64,000 nucleotides of DNA from Candidatus Moraniibacteriota bacterium (GTDB lineage: Bacteria; Patescibacteriota; Minisyncoccia; Moranbacterales; GWC2-37-73), in contig JAAXUC010000001.1 of NCBI GenBank assembly GCA_013336225.1, forward strand, positions 35,949 to 99,948, in the 5' to 3' direction. Positions 19,585 through 29,296 of the stretch are shown piece after piece. Below the pieces are notes generated by a model. That model was not told the DNA's origin, did no database searches, and saw nothing but the letters and a program-made list of their open reading frames with translations. Numbering within the stretch: the first letter of the stretch is position 1; each line of letters begins with the position of its first letter. The position numbers were made by a program, and so were the translations under genes.

Positions 19585-19661
19585 GGCAGCTTTTTAGGCT
19601 TTAGCTTATCAACTTCTTAGGAAATACAAAATATAAAATTAACATGACTATGTCATGTTCT

Positions 19662-20103
19662 GGAGGGGTCGCAGTGTGGGCCGAATGCGAAGAACATGAG
19701 CATTCGGCGGGTTTCAAAAGAAACCCTGGCAAAAATTCAAAACATTTTTTTGCTTGAGGCTTTGCCGAGTTTTAAATGATTTGAATTTTTGAGTGCACCT
19801 TCATTGTTAATTAGTTTCAAAGCGGAGAGGTCGCATAGTGGTCGAGTGCACCACCTTGGAAAGGTGGCATACTGTCAAAGGTATCGGAGGTTCGAATCCT
19901 CTCCTCTCCGCTTTGAAACTAAAAAGGTGGCATACTTTAAACGGTATCGGAGGCTGTAAATTATAAAGAGCAAATGATTTTGCTAATTATAATTTACAGC
20001 GCCAGAGCAATTTTTCGTCAGCAGACAAAAATGCGAGGCGGTGGCCAGACAAATTTTTGTGGCGACAAAAATTTAGTCGAGACCGAATCCTCTCCCCTCC
20101 GCC
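19662..20103 (+). other. Outer interrupted tRNA-Ser-like shell enclosing the intact tRNA-Ser
   Basis: GGAGGGGTCGCA(19662)...GAGTGCACC(19791); AAAGGTGGCATAC..GGTATCGGAGG(19923-19953)...CGAATCCTCTCCCCTCCG(20084-20101). Confidence 0.75.
19824..19910 (+). tRNA. tRNA-Ser(GGA)
   Basis: GGAGAGG/CCTCTCC acceptor, CCACC-TTGGAAA-GGTGG, long variable arm, TTCGAAT loop. Confidence 0.97.
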
Positions 20104-20120
20104 TTTAAAATTAAAAAATT

Positions 20121-20516
20121 ATGGATACATATAATTGGTATTCTCAATTGATAAAACCAACTTGGGCTCCACCTGCTTTTCTTTTTGGACCAGTTTGGAC
20201 AGTGCTATATATCTTAATTGCGATTTCATTTGGCAAAGTTTTTTGGATGACTTGGCAAAAGAAAATTGCATTTTCAGTGGCGCTTCCATTTTTGCTAAAC
20301 TTGTTTTTCAATTTTGCATTCACGCCAATTCAATTTGGACTCCAGAACAATCTGCTCGCTTCAATTGATATTCTCTTGGTGCTGGCAACTTTGATTTGGG
20401 CAATGATCGCAATTCATGTTCATTCCCGCTGGGTTGCCTATTTGCAAATCCCGTATTTAATTTGGGTTTCATTTGCAACAATTCTGCAACTAACCATCAC
20501 TTTTTTGAATAGATAA
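20121..20516 (+). CDS. tspO: TspO/MBR family protein
   Basis: WYSQLIKPTWAPP..FGPVWT, PYLIWVSFA. Confidence 0.92.
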   Translation: MDTYNWYSQLIKPTWAPPAFLFGPVWTVLYILIAISFGKVFWMTWQKKIAFSVALPFLLNLFFNFAFTPIQFGLQNNLLASIDILLVLATLIWAMIAIHVHSRWVAYLQIPYLIWVSFATILQLTITFLNR

Positions 20517-20520
20517 AAAT

Positions 20521-20859
20521 ATGAGAGTTTGGGATATTGATCCAAAGAAATTGTGTCAGAAGCATTTAGTTGCTGAGCATCGAGAGTTGCATGGACTTTG
20601 GAATATTTTAACTAAGCATGGTGGCAAGGGTGGATATTCAAAACATCCAGAGACTTTGCGTTGGGTTGGAAAAAATCGAGCACTTTTTGAAAGGCATGAG
20701 ACATTGATAAGAGAATTTGTGATAAGAGGATATAAGCATCACACTCCATTAGACAAGAAACTCGCTACTGGTAAAAAAGTACAAGATTTTTTCATCAATA
20801 CCCAGGAGGAGCAGGAAATGCTGCTTAAAAACAAGGATTGCAAATGCCTGCTCGATTAA
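20521..20859 (+). CDS. Pyrimidine dimer DNA glycosylase/endonuclease V-like protein
   Basis: MRVWDIDPKKLCQKHLVAEHRE, GYSKHPETLRW, RGYKH. Confidence 0.8.
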   Translation: MRVWDIDPKKLCQKHLVAEHRELHGLWNILTKHGGKGGYSKHPETLRWVGKNRALFERHETLIREFVIRGYKHHTPLDKKLATGKKVQDFFINTQEEQEMLLKNKDCKCLLD

Positions 20860-20897
20860 TTTGCCTTTTTAGCTAAAGTTCTTTAGTCTACATATAG

Positions 20898-22685
20898 ATG
20901 AATAATAATGTTGAGGAAATAAAAGGCCGACTCAATATCGTGGATATTGTCGGCGAATATGTGCGGCTCACGAAGGCTGGTTCTCATTGGAAGGGAATTT
21001 GCCCTTTTCATCATGAAAAGAGTCCCTCTTTCATGGTTAATGAAGAAAAGCAAATTTTTCATTGCTTTGGTTGTGCCAAAGGTGGCGACGTTTTTTCTTT
21101 TGTGCAGGAAATTGAAAGCATGGAATTTCGCGAAGTCCTGAAGATCTTGGCTGAAAAAGCAGGAGTGCAACTCGAAGAATATAAAGGAGGACAAGTTACT
21201 GACAACAAAAAAAGAATTATGGCAGCTTTGGAGTTGGCCACAAAATTCTATGAAACGCAGCTTTGGAAAGGTGATGGCAAGGAGAAAATCATGGCATACT
21301 TGCGCGAAAGAGGATTGAACGACGAAAGCATCCAGAATTTTCGTTTGGGCTATGCACCCAATGGTTGGGACAATATCAGTAAATTTTTACTGGGACGAGG
21401 TTTTACTTTGGATGAAATTGAAAAAACTGGATTGTTGGTCAAGAAGGAAAATAGCAGCAGCGTCTATGATCGTTTTCGCGATCGAATCATGTTTCCAATT
21501 ATGGATGTGATGGGAGGCGTGATTGGATATTCTGCGCGCGTGGCGCCAGGCGGCGATGAATCGCAAGCCAAATATGTGAACACTCCTGAAACGCTGGTCT
21601 ATCATAAAGGCAAAGCACTCTATGGGCTTTCACATGCCAAGACTGAAATAAAAAAGAAAAATTATGTTTTGTTGGTGGAGGGAAACATGGATGTGATTGC
21701 TTCAGTGCAAGCAGGCATTGCAAACACGGTGGCAGTTTCCGGCACGGCACTGACTGGCGATCAAATCACGATGCTAAAAAGATATACGGAAAACATTGCA
21801 ATGCTTTTTGACATGGACAGTGCTGGTCAAGCGGCGGCGCAGAAAAGTGCCGATCTTTGCTTGCAAAAAGGCGTGAATGTGAAAATTGTCACTCTGACTG
21901 ATGGGAAAGATGCGGCCGACGTGGTTGCTAAAGATCCAAATTTGCTTTTGGACGCTGTGAAGAAATCAGTGTTGGCGATGGAATATTTTTTCAGTGAAGC
22001 GCTGAAAAAATATGACAAAAAAACTGCCGAAGGAAAACAACACATTGCCAAAGAAGTTTTGGCACATGTGGCCAACATTGAAAGTCAAATTGAGAAAGCG
22101 CATTGGGTGAAAAAAATCGCACACGAAGTCGATGTGGAAGAAAAAGTCATCGGTGATGTATTAAAAACCATTGCACCTGGATCAGATAGGCAGGAGCAAA
22201 AAACTCCCTTGGTCATTGAGGAATCAAGTTCGTTTCAAAAACGCAGTGAAGTCATCAGAAATTCATTGGTGGGATTGATTTTAAGCAATGCAAAAATTTG
22301 GAAAGAAATTTTTGAAAATCAGGAAACAGGTGAATGGTCAAAAAATGATTCCTTGCTGCAATTTGTTTTGAACAATGGAGCGACAGCTGATTTTTCTTTT
22401 GATAAATTATTGGCAAATATCGACGATCAGCGTGCTATAGAACACCTCAGAAAGATCTATTTCAATGCTAAATATCTGTTTACACAGGAAGGCATCGTGG
22501 AATATTCAGAAGATGAATTGCGGGACTTGGTAGCTAGTTATGTGGCTCAATATGTGAAAGAATTGCAAAAAGAAAAATTGCATGCTATCATCAAGCAAAT
22601 CGAGAATGCTGAACAAAAAGGGGATAAAGAGACCCTCGCCAAACTCATGAGCGAGTTCACAAAGCTTTCTCAAGAAATGCAGTAA
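20898..22685 (+). CDS. dnaG: DNA primase
   Basis: CPFHHEKSPSF zinc finger, DRFRDRIMFPI, KYVNTPET, VEGNMD, FDMDSAG. Confidence 0.98.
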   Translation: MNNNVEEIKGRLNIVDIVGEYVRLTKAGSHWKGICPFHHEKSPSFMVNEEKQIFHCFGCAKGGDVFSFVQEIESMEFREVLKILAEKAGVQLEEYKGGQVTDNKKRIMAALELATKFYETQLWKGDGKEKIMAYLRERGLNDESIQNFRLGYAPNGWDNISKFLLGRGFTLDEIEKTGLLVKKENSSSVYDRFRDRIMFPIMDVMGGVIGYSARVAPGGDESQAKYVNTPETLVYHKGKALYGLSHAKTEIKKKNYVLLVEGNMDVIASVQAGIANTVAVSGTALTGDQITMLKRYTENIAMLFDMDSAGQAAAQKSADLCLQKGVNVKIVTLTDGKDAADVVAKDPNLLLDAVKKSVLAMEYFFSEALKKYDKKTAEGKQHIAKEVLAHVANIESQIEKAHWVKKIAHEVDVEEKVIGDVLKTIAPGSDRQEQKTPLVIEESSSFQKRSEVIRNSLVGLILSNAKIWKEIFENQETGEWSKNDSLLQFVLNNGATADFSFDKLLANIDDQRAIEHLRKIYFNAKYLFTQEGIVEYSEDELRDLVASYVAQYVKELQKEKLHAIIKQIENAEQKGDKETLAKLMSEFTKLSQEMQ

Positions 22686-22827
22686 GAAAACAATGACTGG
22701 GAAGACCCGGTTTTTGGTGTTTACGTGTGAATATTGGTTATGAGGCTAAAACAAAAAAATAATTTTTTTTACTTCAATATAACAAATTCGCAGTGGCCAC
22801 TGGCCATTTGAATTTCTACTACAGGGT

Positions 22828-24381
22828 ATGAAGAAAATGCAAAAGGGCGTTTCTCAATCGAAAGTGAAAGCTCGGAAGCTGAAAGCTCCCGCTGGCAAGG
22901 TTGTTTCAAAGACAATTGCCAAAAAAACTTCAAGCAAAAAAGTTGTCGCAAAGCCCGTCAAAAAGGGTAAGATTATTGCAGCTAAAACAAAGAAGGCCGC
23001 TGTAAAGTTGAAAAAAGTCGTTAAAGTTATTAAATCAAAAAAAATCGTGCAGAAAAAAAATCAGAAAATTCAGAAGAAAGCTGTTGCAAAGAAAGTTGTT
23101 GCAATCAAAAAGTCGCCAGTAAAAAAGGTGGCTGCTGCGAAAGCATTGCCAATCGTCAAAAAAGCAGCACCTAAAAAGGTGGTTGCAAAAGTGGCAGTTG
23201 CAGCGCCGAAGAAAAAGATTGCAAAAGTTGTCGTTGCTCCAAAGAAAAAAGTGACCGTGATTGAAAATGAAGACGGAGTCAAAAGCAAGAGTCAGATTAT
23301 TGCTGAGCTTATTGCGCGTGGAAAACAACGTGGTTTCGTGACAGAAGATGAAATCATTCATCTTATTCCAGAAGTTGAAGATGAATTGGATGAGCTTGAA
23401 AACTTGTATGAACAATTGGAAACAGCCGGAGTCAAAGTTGTTGTTTCTGATGATATGCTCAAGATTGATTCTGACAAAGAAGCTGAAATTTTTGAAAAAA
23501 GCAAAAAAGATAAGAATGCTGATTCCAATTTGATGGATGGAATTGAAGACAGCTCTTCTGATTTGGTGCAGATGTATTTGCGAGAAATTGGACGTGTGCC
23601 ACTGCTCAAATCCGAAGAAGAAATCAAACTTGCCAAAGCCAATGAAAAAGGGGATTTGGCAGCAAAACAGAAATTGACTGAAGCAAATCTTCGTTTGGTG
23701 GTAAGTATCGCCAAGAAATATGTGGGACGTTCACACAATCTTTCCTTGCTCGACTTGATTCAGGAAGGAAACATTGGACTTTTTCGCGCCGTGGAAAAAT
23801 TTGATTATCGCAAAGGTTTCAAATTTTCAACCTATGCAACTTGGTGGATTCGTCAAGCAATCACTCGCGCATTGGCCGATCAATCCCGCACAATTCGCAT
23901 TCCAGTGCACATGGTGGAAACAATCAATAAATATACGCAGATCACTCGAAGATTGGTGCAGGAATTGGGACGTGAACCTTTGCCTGAAGAAATTGCAGCT
24001 GAAATGAATTTGGAAGTCGACAAAATTCGTCACATCCAAAAGATTTCTCAAGAAACAGTTTCATTGGAAACTTCAGTGGGAGATTCTGATGATGACAGCG
24101 TGTTGGGAGATTTCATTGAAGACACTGAAACAGTGATGCCTCACCAAGTAGCTTCACGCAAACTGCTTAAAAATCATGTGGGCGAGGTTCTGAGAGAGTT
24201 GACACCACGTGAACAAAAGATTCTTAAAATTCGTTTTGGTCTTGAAGATGGAGTGACTCACACTTTGGAGGAGGTTGGAAAAGAATTTGGGGTGACGCGC
24301 GAACGTATTCGTCAGATTGAAGCCAAGGCTTTGGATAAGATTCGTCAGCATAAATCAATTGGAAAACTTAAGGATTACTAG
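22828..24381 (+). CDS. rpoD: Primary sigma factor RpoD with Lys/Ala/Val-rich N-terminal extension
   Basis: [54 protein letters not shown]; follows dnaG. Confidence 0.97.
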   Translation: MKKMQKGVSQSKVKARKLKAPAGKVVSKTIAKKTSSKKVVAKPVKKGKIIAAKTKKAAVKLKKVVKVIKSKKIVQKKNQKIQKKAVAKKVVAIKKSPVKKVAAAKALPIVKKAAPKKVVAKVAVAAPKKKIAKVVVAPKKKVTVIENEDGVKSKSQIIAELIARGKQRGFVTEDEIIHLIPEVEDELDELENLYEQLETAGVKVVVSDDMLKIDSDKEAEIFEKSKKDKNADSNLMDGIEDSSSDLVQMYLREIGRVPLLKSEEEIKLAKANEKGDLAAKQKLTEANLRLVVSIAKKYVGRSHNLSLLDLIQEGNIGLFRAVEKFDYRKGFKFSTYATWWIRQAITRALADQSRTIRIPVHMVETINKYTQITRRLVQELGREPLPEEIAAEMNLEVDKIRHIQKISQETVSLETSVGDSDDDSVLGDFIEDTETVMPHQVASRKLLKNHVGEVLRELTPREQKILKIRFGLEDGVTHTLEEVGKEFGVTRERIRQIEAKALDKIRQHKSIGKLKDY

Positions 24382-24405
24382 GGAAATATACTTTATTCTG
24401 CAATT

Positions 24406-24428
24406 AAGCCTCCGAAAGGAGGCTTTTT
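24406..24428 (+). terminator. Intrinsic terminator of dnaG-rpoD
   Basis: AAGCCTCC-GAAA-GGAGGCTT followed by a T-run. Confidence 0.85.
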
Positions 24429-24435
24429 GCTACTC

Positions 24436-24464
24436 TTGCCAGATTTTTTTTTATTTGCTATACT
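24436..24464 (+). promoter_or_regulatory. Sigma70 promoter of tRNA-Asn
   Basis: TTGCCA-N17-TATACT with TG extension. Confidence 0.7.
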
Positions 24465-24505
24465 AATTTTGTTGCTTGAAAGAGCAATTTTTGACAACTA
24501 AATAT

Positions 24506-24577
24506 TCCGCGATAGCTCAATGGTAGAGCAATTGACTGTTAATCAATGGGTTCTAGGTTCGAATCCTAGTCGCGGAG
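24506..24577 (+). tRNA. tRNA-Asn(GTT)
   Basis: TCCGCGA/TCGCGGA acceptor, ATTGA-CTGTTAA-TCAAT, TTCGAAT loop. Confidence 0.97.
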
Positions 24578-24622
24578 CACCTTTCTAAATGGCTTTTATA
24601 AGCCATTTTTTGGTGTTTGCTC

Positions 24623-24651
24623 TTGACACGATTTAATTTTATTGCTAGAAT
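24623..24651 (+). promoter_or_regulatory. Sigma70 promoter
   Basis: TTGACA-N17-TAGAAT; AGGAGG upstream of 24706. Confidence 0.75.
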
Positions 24652-24705
24652 ACGAAGTCCTGAATTTAGGCAAGAAGTTCATATCACACACGAGGAGGAA
24701 GTATC

Positions 24706-25011
24706 ATGGCAACGTATAAAAACATCTTTTGGCGTCCTGACATGCAACCCAACGAGAAAGGTGAATTATTTGCCAACGTTCATTTACTGATTGGATACAA
24801 TCAGGGGAGCGTAAACGATTTTCGCAAAATGGCAGACATGATCAGGGAAACTTTTCCACAAGCAACTGATGATGAAATCTGCGGCGGTAAGGTGATCAAG
24901 TCTACATATTGCCAAGGATTTACAATTGTCACGTGGAATGCACACATTCCCAAAGGAGAATACCCTGGTTGGAGACAAATCGACAATGGTCGAATGGACT
25001 ACAACTGGTAA
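24706..25011 (+). CDS. Hypothetical protein
   Basis: 101-aa ORF with its own promoter and strong SD. Confidence 0.7.
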   Translation: MATYKNIFWRPDMQPNEKGELFANVHLLIGYNQGSVNDFRKMADMIRETFPQATDDEICGGKVIKSTYCQGFTIVTWNAHIPKGEYPGWRQIDNGRMDYNW

Positions 25012-25364
25012 TAACCCATCAATCGAAACAGAGACTCTCTGCTTCGGTGGTGGGTTTTCTGTTTTTATGCCAAATTAAGTTCAAATTCTTTAAATATCTT
25101 TTGAAATTTATCCCAGTCAAAAGTTCTAAGTTTGTTCAGTAGAGGGAGCACAAAGCAAAAAACATCCAATAGGGTGTTTTTTTGCTTTTTAATTTCCGAG
25201 TGACCAGGTCAAGGAGTTCATGCTCAGGCGCTAATTGAATGGGCAAAGATCATGTGATAATGCAAAATGGTACTGAGAGTTTTGCCAACCAAAATTAATT
25301 CAAGAAGTTGTGTTATAATGTTAATATAAATTTGATTCTAAGAAAAAAATAAAAAACTTTTTGT

Positions 25365-26111
25365 ATGTTCAAAAAAATAGATAAACAAGATTGGCTCCAT
25401 TGCTCTTTGATATTGGTTGTTGCTGTCATGGGAACTGCTTATGCCGTGTATTTGGGTTTTTCTGCTCATGAGAATAGCAAAGAAAACTTGCTTACCAGAG
25501 CCAACACGATTGCGCAGTTTGTGACCGCAAAGGATATTGCCTTGCTGCATGGATCAGAGGATGACTTGAATAATCCGGCTTACCTCAGACTCAAGAATAG
25601 ATTGATGTCACTTCAAGCCGTGAATCCAGACATGCGATTCATCTATCTCAATGGAATGAAAGATGGAAGCATGTTTTTCTATGCTGATTCTGAAAGTGCT
25701 GATTCATCTGAGTATTCCAATCCAGGGCAGCAATATAGTGAAGCTTCTGATTTAATGAAGCACTTGTTTCAAGAAAAAACAAGTGGATTTGAGATTGCAG
25801 GTGATCGCTGGGGAATGTGGGCTTCAGCCATGATTCCAATTATTGATAAGGAGAGTGGAAATATTGTGGCGCTGCTAGGTGTGGATGTCGCAGCCAAGAA
25901 ATATCTGACTGACATTTTGATATATTGTTTGTCGGCGCTGCTGTTCACTGCCTTGGTCATATTGTTGCTGATTTGGCAGAAGCGGGCGGCAAGATATGTG
26001 TATTTGACAGAAGGAAGTCTGAAAGCAAATAATTTGGAGGTCATGAATTTGATGAAAATCATCAAAGAAAAAGAGCAAAAAATAGAAGAGATCAGAAAGG
26101 GTGTATCCTGA
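25365..26111 (+). CDS. Membrane sensor (Cache-like) protein without kinase domain
   Basis: TM-periplasmic domain-TM; FYADSE..YSNPGQ.Y.EAS and DRWGMWASAMIPI. Confidence 0.65.
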   Translation: MFKKIDKQDWLHCSLILVVAVMGTAYAVYLGFSAHENSKENLLTRANTIAQFVTAKDIALLHGSEDDLNNPAYLRLKNRLMSLQAVNPDMRFIYLNGMKDGSMFFYADSESADSSEYSNPGQQYSEASDLMKHLFQEKTSGFEIAGDRWGMWASAMIPIIDKESGNIVALLGVDVAAKKYLTDILIYCLSALLFTALVILLLIWQKRAARYVYLTEGSLKANNLEVMNLMKIIKEKEQKIEEIRKGVS

Positions 26112-26309
26112 ATGAATGTTTGCTGACAAGCAAATTCATCCGTATCATGGGACAATAAAATTGAATTGACTCATCACGCAAGACAGAAACTTTCTGGGTG
26201 ATGAGTTTTTTTCTTGAACATTAAATTTGAAATTTGAGAAGTCTAAATTCTAAATGAGGCTGCAGAAAATATAAATTATGGTATACTGAAGAAGAATTCA
26301 AATACAAAA

Positions 26310-26984
26310 ATGATCAATAAAAAAGTGGAATCAGAAATAGCGATCGGTTTAATTGTAATCATAGCCTTGATTATGGGAAGTTTAATTTGGATGAAAAATA
26401 CGAATCGATATGCTTCATCAGCTGATGTGCGGGACAAAGCTGAAGTTGGCGCAACTGATAGTGTGGTTTTTATTGGTGACAGCATCACTGCGATTGAAAA
26501 CTGGAATGCTCTGCTTGGAACGTCTTATGTGGCAAATGCTGGGATTTCAGGCAACACTACCGATGATGTTATTGCCAGGCTGGACAGGGCCATAGTTTAT
26601 AAGCCAAAGAAAATATTTTTAATGATAGGAGTCAATGATTTTCTGCGTGGCAGAGATGTTGCTCACGTTTTGGCTAACTATGAAATAATTCTGAATAGTA
26701 TCAGGAAGCAATCTCCGGACACTGTGATATATATTGAAAGTGTACTGCCAATCAATAATGATCTTTCAAAAATAGGAACCATTGATAGCCAAAAAATCAT
26801 CACCTTGAACCGGCAATTGAAAAAATTCATTGATGGAAAGAAAATATTATTCATAGACCTGTATCCATCTTTTTGTGGCGATGACAGTAAGTTATACAGA
26901 AAGTATACCGTTGATGGGGTGCATTTAAGCGCCGCTGGATATGGTGTTTGGAAAAATGCCATCTATCAATATGTGAAATTCTAG
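26310..26984 (+). CDS. Membrane-anchored SGNH/GDSL hydrolase
   Basis: GDSIT, NAGISG, GVND and DGVH blocks. Confidence 0.9.
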   Translation: MINKKVESEIAIGLIVIIALIMGSLIWMKNTNRYASSADVRDKAEVGATDSVVFIGDSITAIENWNALLGTSYVANAGISGNTTDDVIARLDRAIVYKPKKIFLMIGVNDFLRGRDVAHVLANYEIILNSIRKQSPDTVIYIESVLPINNDLSKIGTIDSQKIITLNRQLKKFIDGKKILFIDLYPSFCGDDSKLYRKYTVDGVHLSAAGYGVWKNAIYQYVKF

Positions 26985-27083
26985 CGCCATGGCTTGCATA
27001 ACCGATGTTTGTTACGGTACAATGCATGCTGGCGTAAGTTTCCTTAAAGCAAGGCAGCATTTTTATGATTAAATTTAGATAAT

Positions 27084-28238
27084 ATGCGAAAAATTCAATA
27101 TTTAGACGGGCTTCGAGGCTTGGCTGCTTTGATAGTAGTCTTTCATCATTTCATTTTGGCTTTTTATCCAGCTTTATTCTTGGGTGCAAATGCGGCCACC
27201 CATTTGCAAGGAGGGATGGAGGCGAACATCTCTGGATCGCCACTGAACATATTTTATGGTGGGAATTTTATGGTGGCCATCTTTTTTGTGCTGAGTGGAT
27301 TTGTGCTCAGTCATAAATTTTTGCTTCGAAAAGATGTTGCAATACTCACCGAAGGTGCAGTCAAGCGCTATCTTCGCTTGGCTTTGCCAGTGGCCTGTTC
27401 AGTTTTGCTGGCATTTGTTTTGATGAAATTTTCTCTTTTTTACAATCAGCAAGCGGCTGCTGTCTCAGGTTCAAATTGGCTAGGAGGGCTTTGGACATTC
27501 AATCCAAACTTAATGGATGCATTAAGGCAGACTTTTATTGGGGTTTTCTTTACCAATGCGCTCAATTATAATGTGACACTTTGGACAGTTTCTTTTGAGT
27601 TTTTCGGAGCGTTGCTCATTTTCAGTTTCTTGGCCTTGTTTGGCAACATGAAAAACAGATATTGGGTGTATCTCTTGGCTGCAATTTTTTTCTTTCAAAC
27701 ATATTATCTGGCCTTTATTTTGGGAATGTTGCTGGCTGATTTGATGGCAAATGAAAATGCAATTGTCAGAAAATTCAATAAGAGCAAGCTTTTGCGCGCT
27801 GGGTTGCTGCTAGTGGGATTGTTTCTAGGATCATATCCGTCAGGACGCGGTGCAGGTGGAACAATATATGCCTTGATGGAAAAAGATTATTTGACTGATT
27901 CAGCCGTGCTATATCACATTTGGGGAGCATTTTTGGTTATCTTGATCTTGCTTAATTCAAAAAGAATGCATAAGATATTTTCAGCCAAAATCTTGTTGTT
28001 TTTGGGAGAAATTTCTTTCACCATGTATCTGCTGCATTTCGCCATTTTGGGATCTTTTTCCAGTTTTGTTTTCTTGAAATTAGCCGCGCATCTTCCATAT
28101 GCAAGTGCGTTTTGGATTTCGTTTGCGCTTTCTTGTGGCTTGCTGATTCCTGTTGCATATTTGATGCATATATATATTGATCAGAAAATAGTGCGTTTTT
28201 CTAAATCTGTGTATCTTCGCCTGTTCAAGCCCGAATAA
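27084..28238 (+). CDS. Acyltransferase family 3 (membrane O-acyltransferase)
   Basis: LDGLRGLAA..VVFHH, FFVLSGF, RYLRL, LGEISFTMYLLH. Confidence 0.92.
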   Translation: MRKIQYLDGLRGLAALIVVFHHFILAFYPALFLGANAATHLQGGMEANISGSPLNIFYGGNFMVAIFFVLSGFVLSHKFLLRKDVAILTEGAVKRYLRLALPVACSVLLAFVLMKFSLFYNQQAAAVSGSNWLGGLWTFNPNLMDALRQTFIGVFFTNALNYNVTLWTVSFEFFGALLIFSFLALFGNMKNRYWVYLLAAIFFFQTYYLAFILGMLLADLMANENAIVRKFNKSKLLRAGLLLVGLFLGSYPSGRGAGGTIYALMEKDYLTDSAVLYHIWGAFLVILILLNSKRMHKIFSAKILLFLGEISFTMYLLHFAILGSFSSFVFLKLAAHLPYASAFWISFALSCGLLIPVAYLMHIYIDQKIVRFSKSVYLRLFKPE

Positions 28239-28327
28239 GCAGTATTTCAAACTTAAGTTGACTTTTTTGCTTAAATATTGTATGATTAATAATTCCTGAA
28301 GAGACAATATTTTAAACGAAAAAGAAA

Positions 28328-29275
28328 ATGAAGAAAAATCCACTTATCATCAAAAATGCCATCCTGGATATGGGAGGCACCATTGAAGAATTCGTTCCTG
28401 AAAGGGGATGTTTTTATATAAACGTGCTTGGAAAGCGCATTTTGCTGGAACGCAAAATTTCCATCACGCGCCAATCCTATGTCAGTGGTCAATTGACCAG
28501 ATGTAAGGACATCACGCATAAGCTGCTGGCTGCACACGGCCTGCCATCTCCCGAGACAGAATGTTTTTACAAGAAAAGCTACATCAAGGATCGAGCAGAA
28601 AAACAATTGAGCTCGCTTAAATATCCGATTATCCTGAAAGATGCTCAAGGCTCCAATAGTAATGGAATTTTTCCGCTGATTGGAAATGTCAGAGATGCTT
28701 TGCAAGTGTTGGAAGAAGAACTTTCACATTATCGCAGCATGATTGCGCAGGAAATGGTTTTTGGCAAGGAATACCGCCTTTTGGTGTTGGATGAAAAAGT
28801 CATTGGCGCGCTGGAAATGATTCCTCCATATGCGGTTGGCGACGGTGTTTCCACCATACGTAAAATTATCGAAGAAAAGCAGGACAACACTGAAAGACGC
28901 ACTGAATTTGACGAAAAACTGATTCAAATCTTAAAAGAACAGAATGTCACTTTGGAGAGCATCATGCCAAAAAATGAAATTGCTTACATCAAGAAAAGTT
29001 CTTGCCTGGCTGAAGGCGGAGAGACCAGCGATGTGACAGAAATTGTGCACTGTGAGATTGAAAAAATTGCCGTGTCAGCCTCCAAAGTTGTAGGTAAGCA
29101 TCTGGTGGGAATTGATGTGATGTGCGATGACATTTCCAAGGATCCAGCGCAGCAATCTTTTCATATCATTGAAATCAATGGAAAACCTGATCTATATATT
29201 CACTATAAGCCTACACATGGAAAAACCAGAAATGTGGTGGAGGATATCGTAAAATTTATGGTCAAATTGGCATAG
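28328..29275 (+). CDS. Stand-alone ATP-grasp protein resembling the cyanophycin synthetase/GshF ligase domain
   Basis: CKDITHKLL, YPIILK, EYRLLV, VGDGVSTI, GIDVM, IEINGKP. Confidence 0.75.
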   Translation: MKKNPLIIKNAILDMGGTIEEFVPERGCFYINVLGKRILLERKISITRQSYVSGQLTRCKDITHKLLAAHGLPSPETECFYKKSYIKDRAEKQLSSLKYPIILKDAQGSNSNGIFPLIGNVRDALQVLEEELSHYRSMIAQEMVFGKEYRLLVLDEKVIGALEMIPPYAVGDGVSTIRKIIEEKQDNTERRTEFDEKLIQILKEQNVTLESIMPKNEIAYIKKSSCLAEGGETSDVTEIVHCEIEKIAVSASKVVGKHLVGIDVMCDDISKDPAQQSFHIIEINGKPDLYIHYKPTHGKTRNVVEDIVKFMVKLA

Positions 29276-29296
29276 CGCTGTCAATAACTTGAAAAT

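Noticed and set aside
19680..20083. Group I/II introns in tRNA
   Set aside because: Inserts are only 110-130 nt, and I could not recognise a P7 core or domain V.
25138..25190. Degenerate attR of tRNA-Asn (GGAGCAC plus hairpin)
   Set aside because: Only about 7 nt match, which could be chance; no integrase is present.
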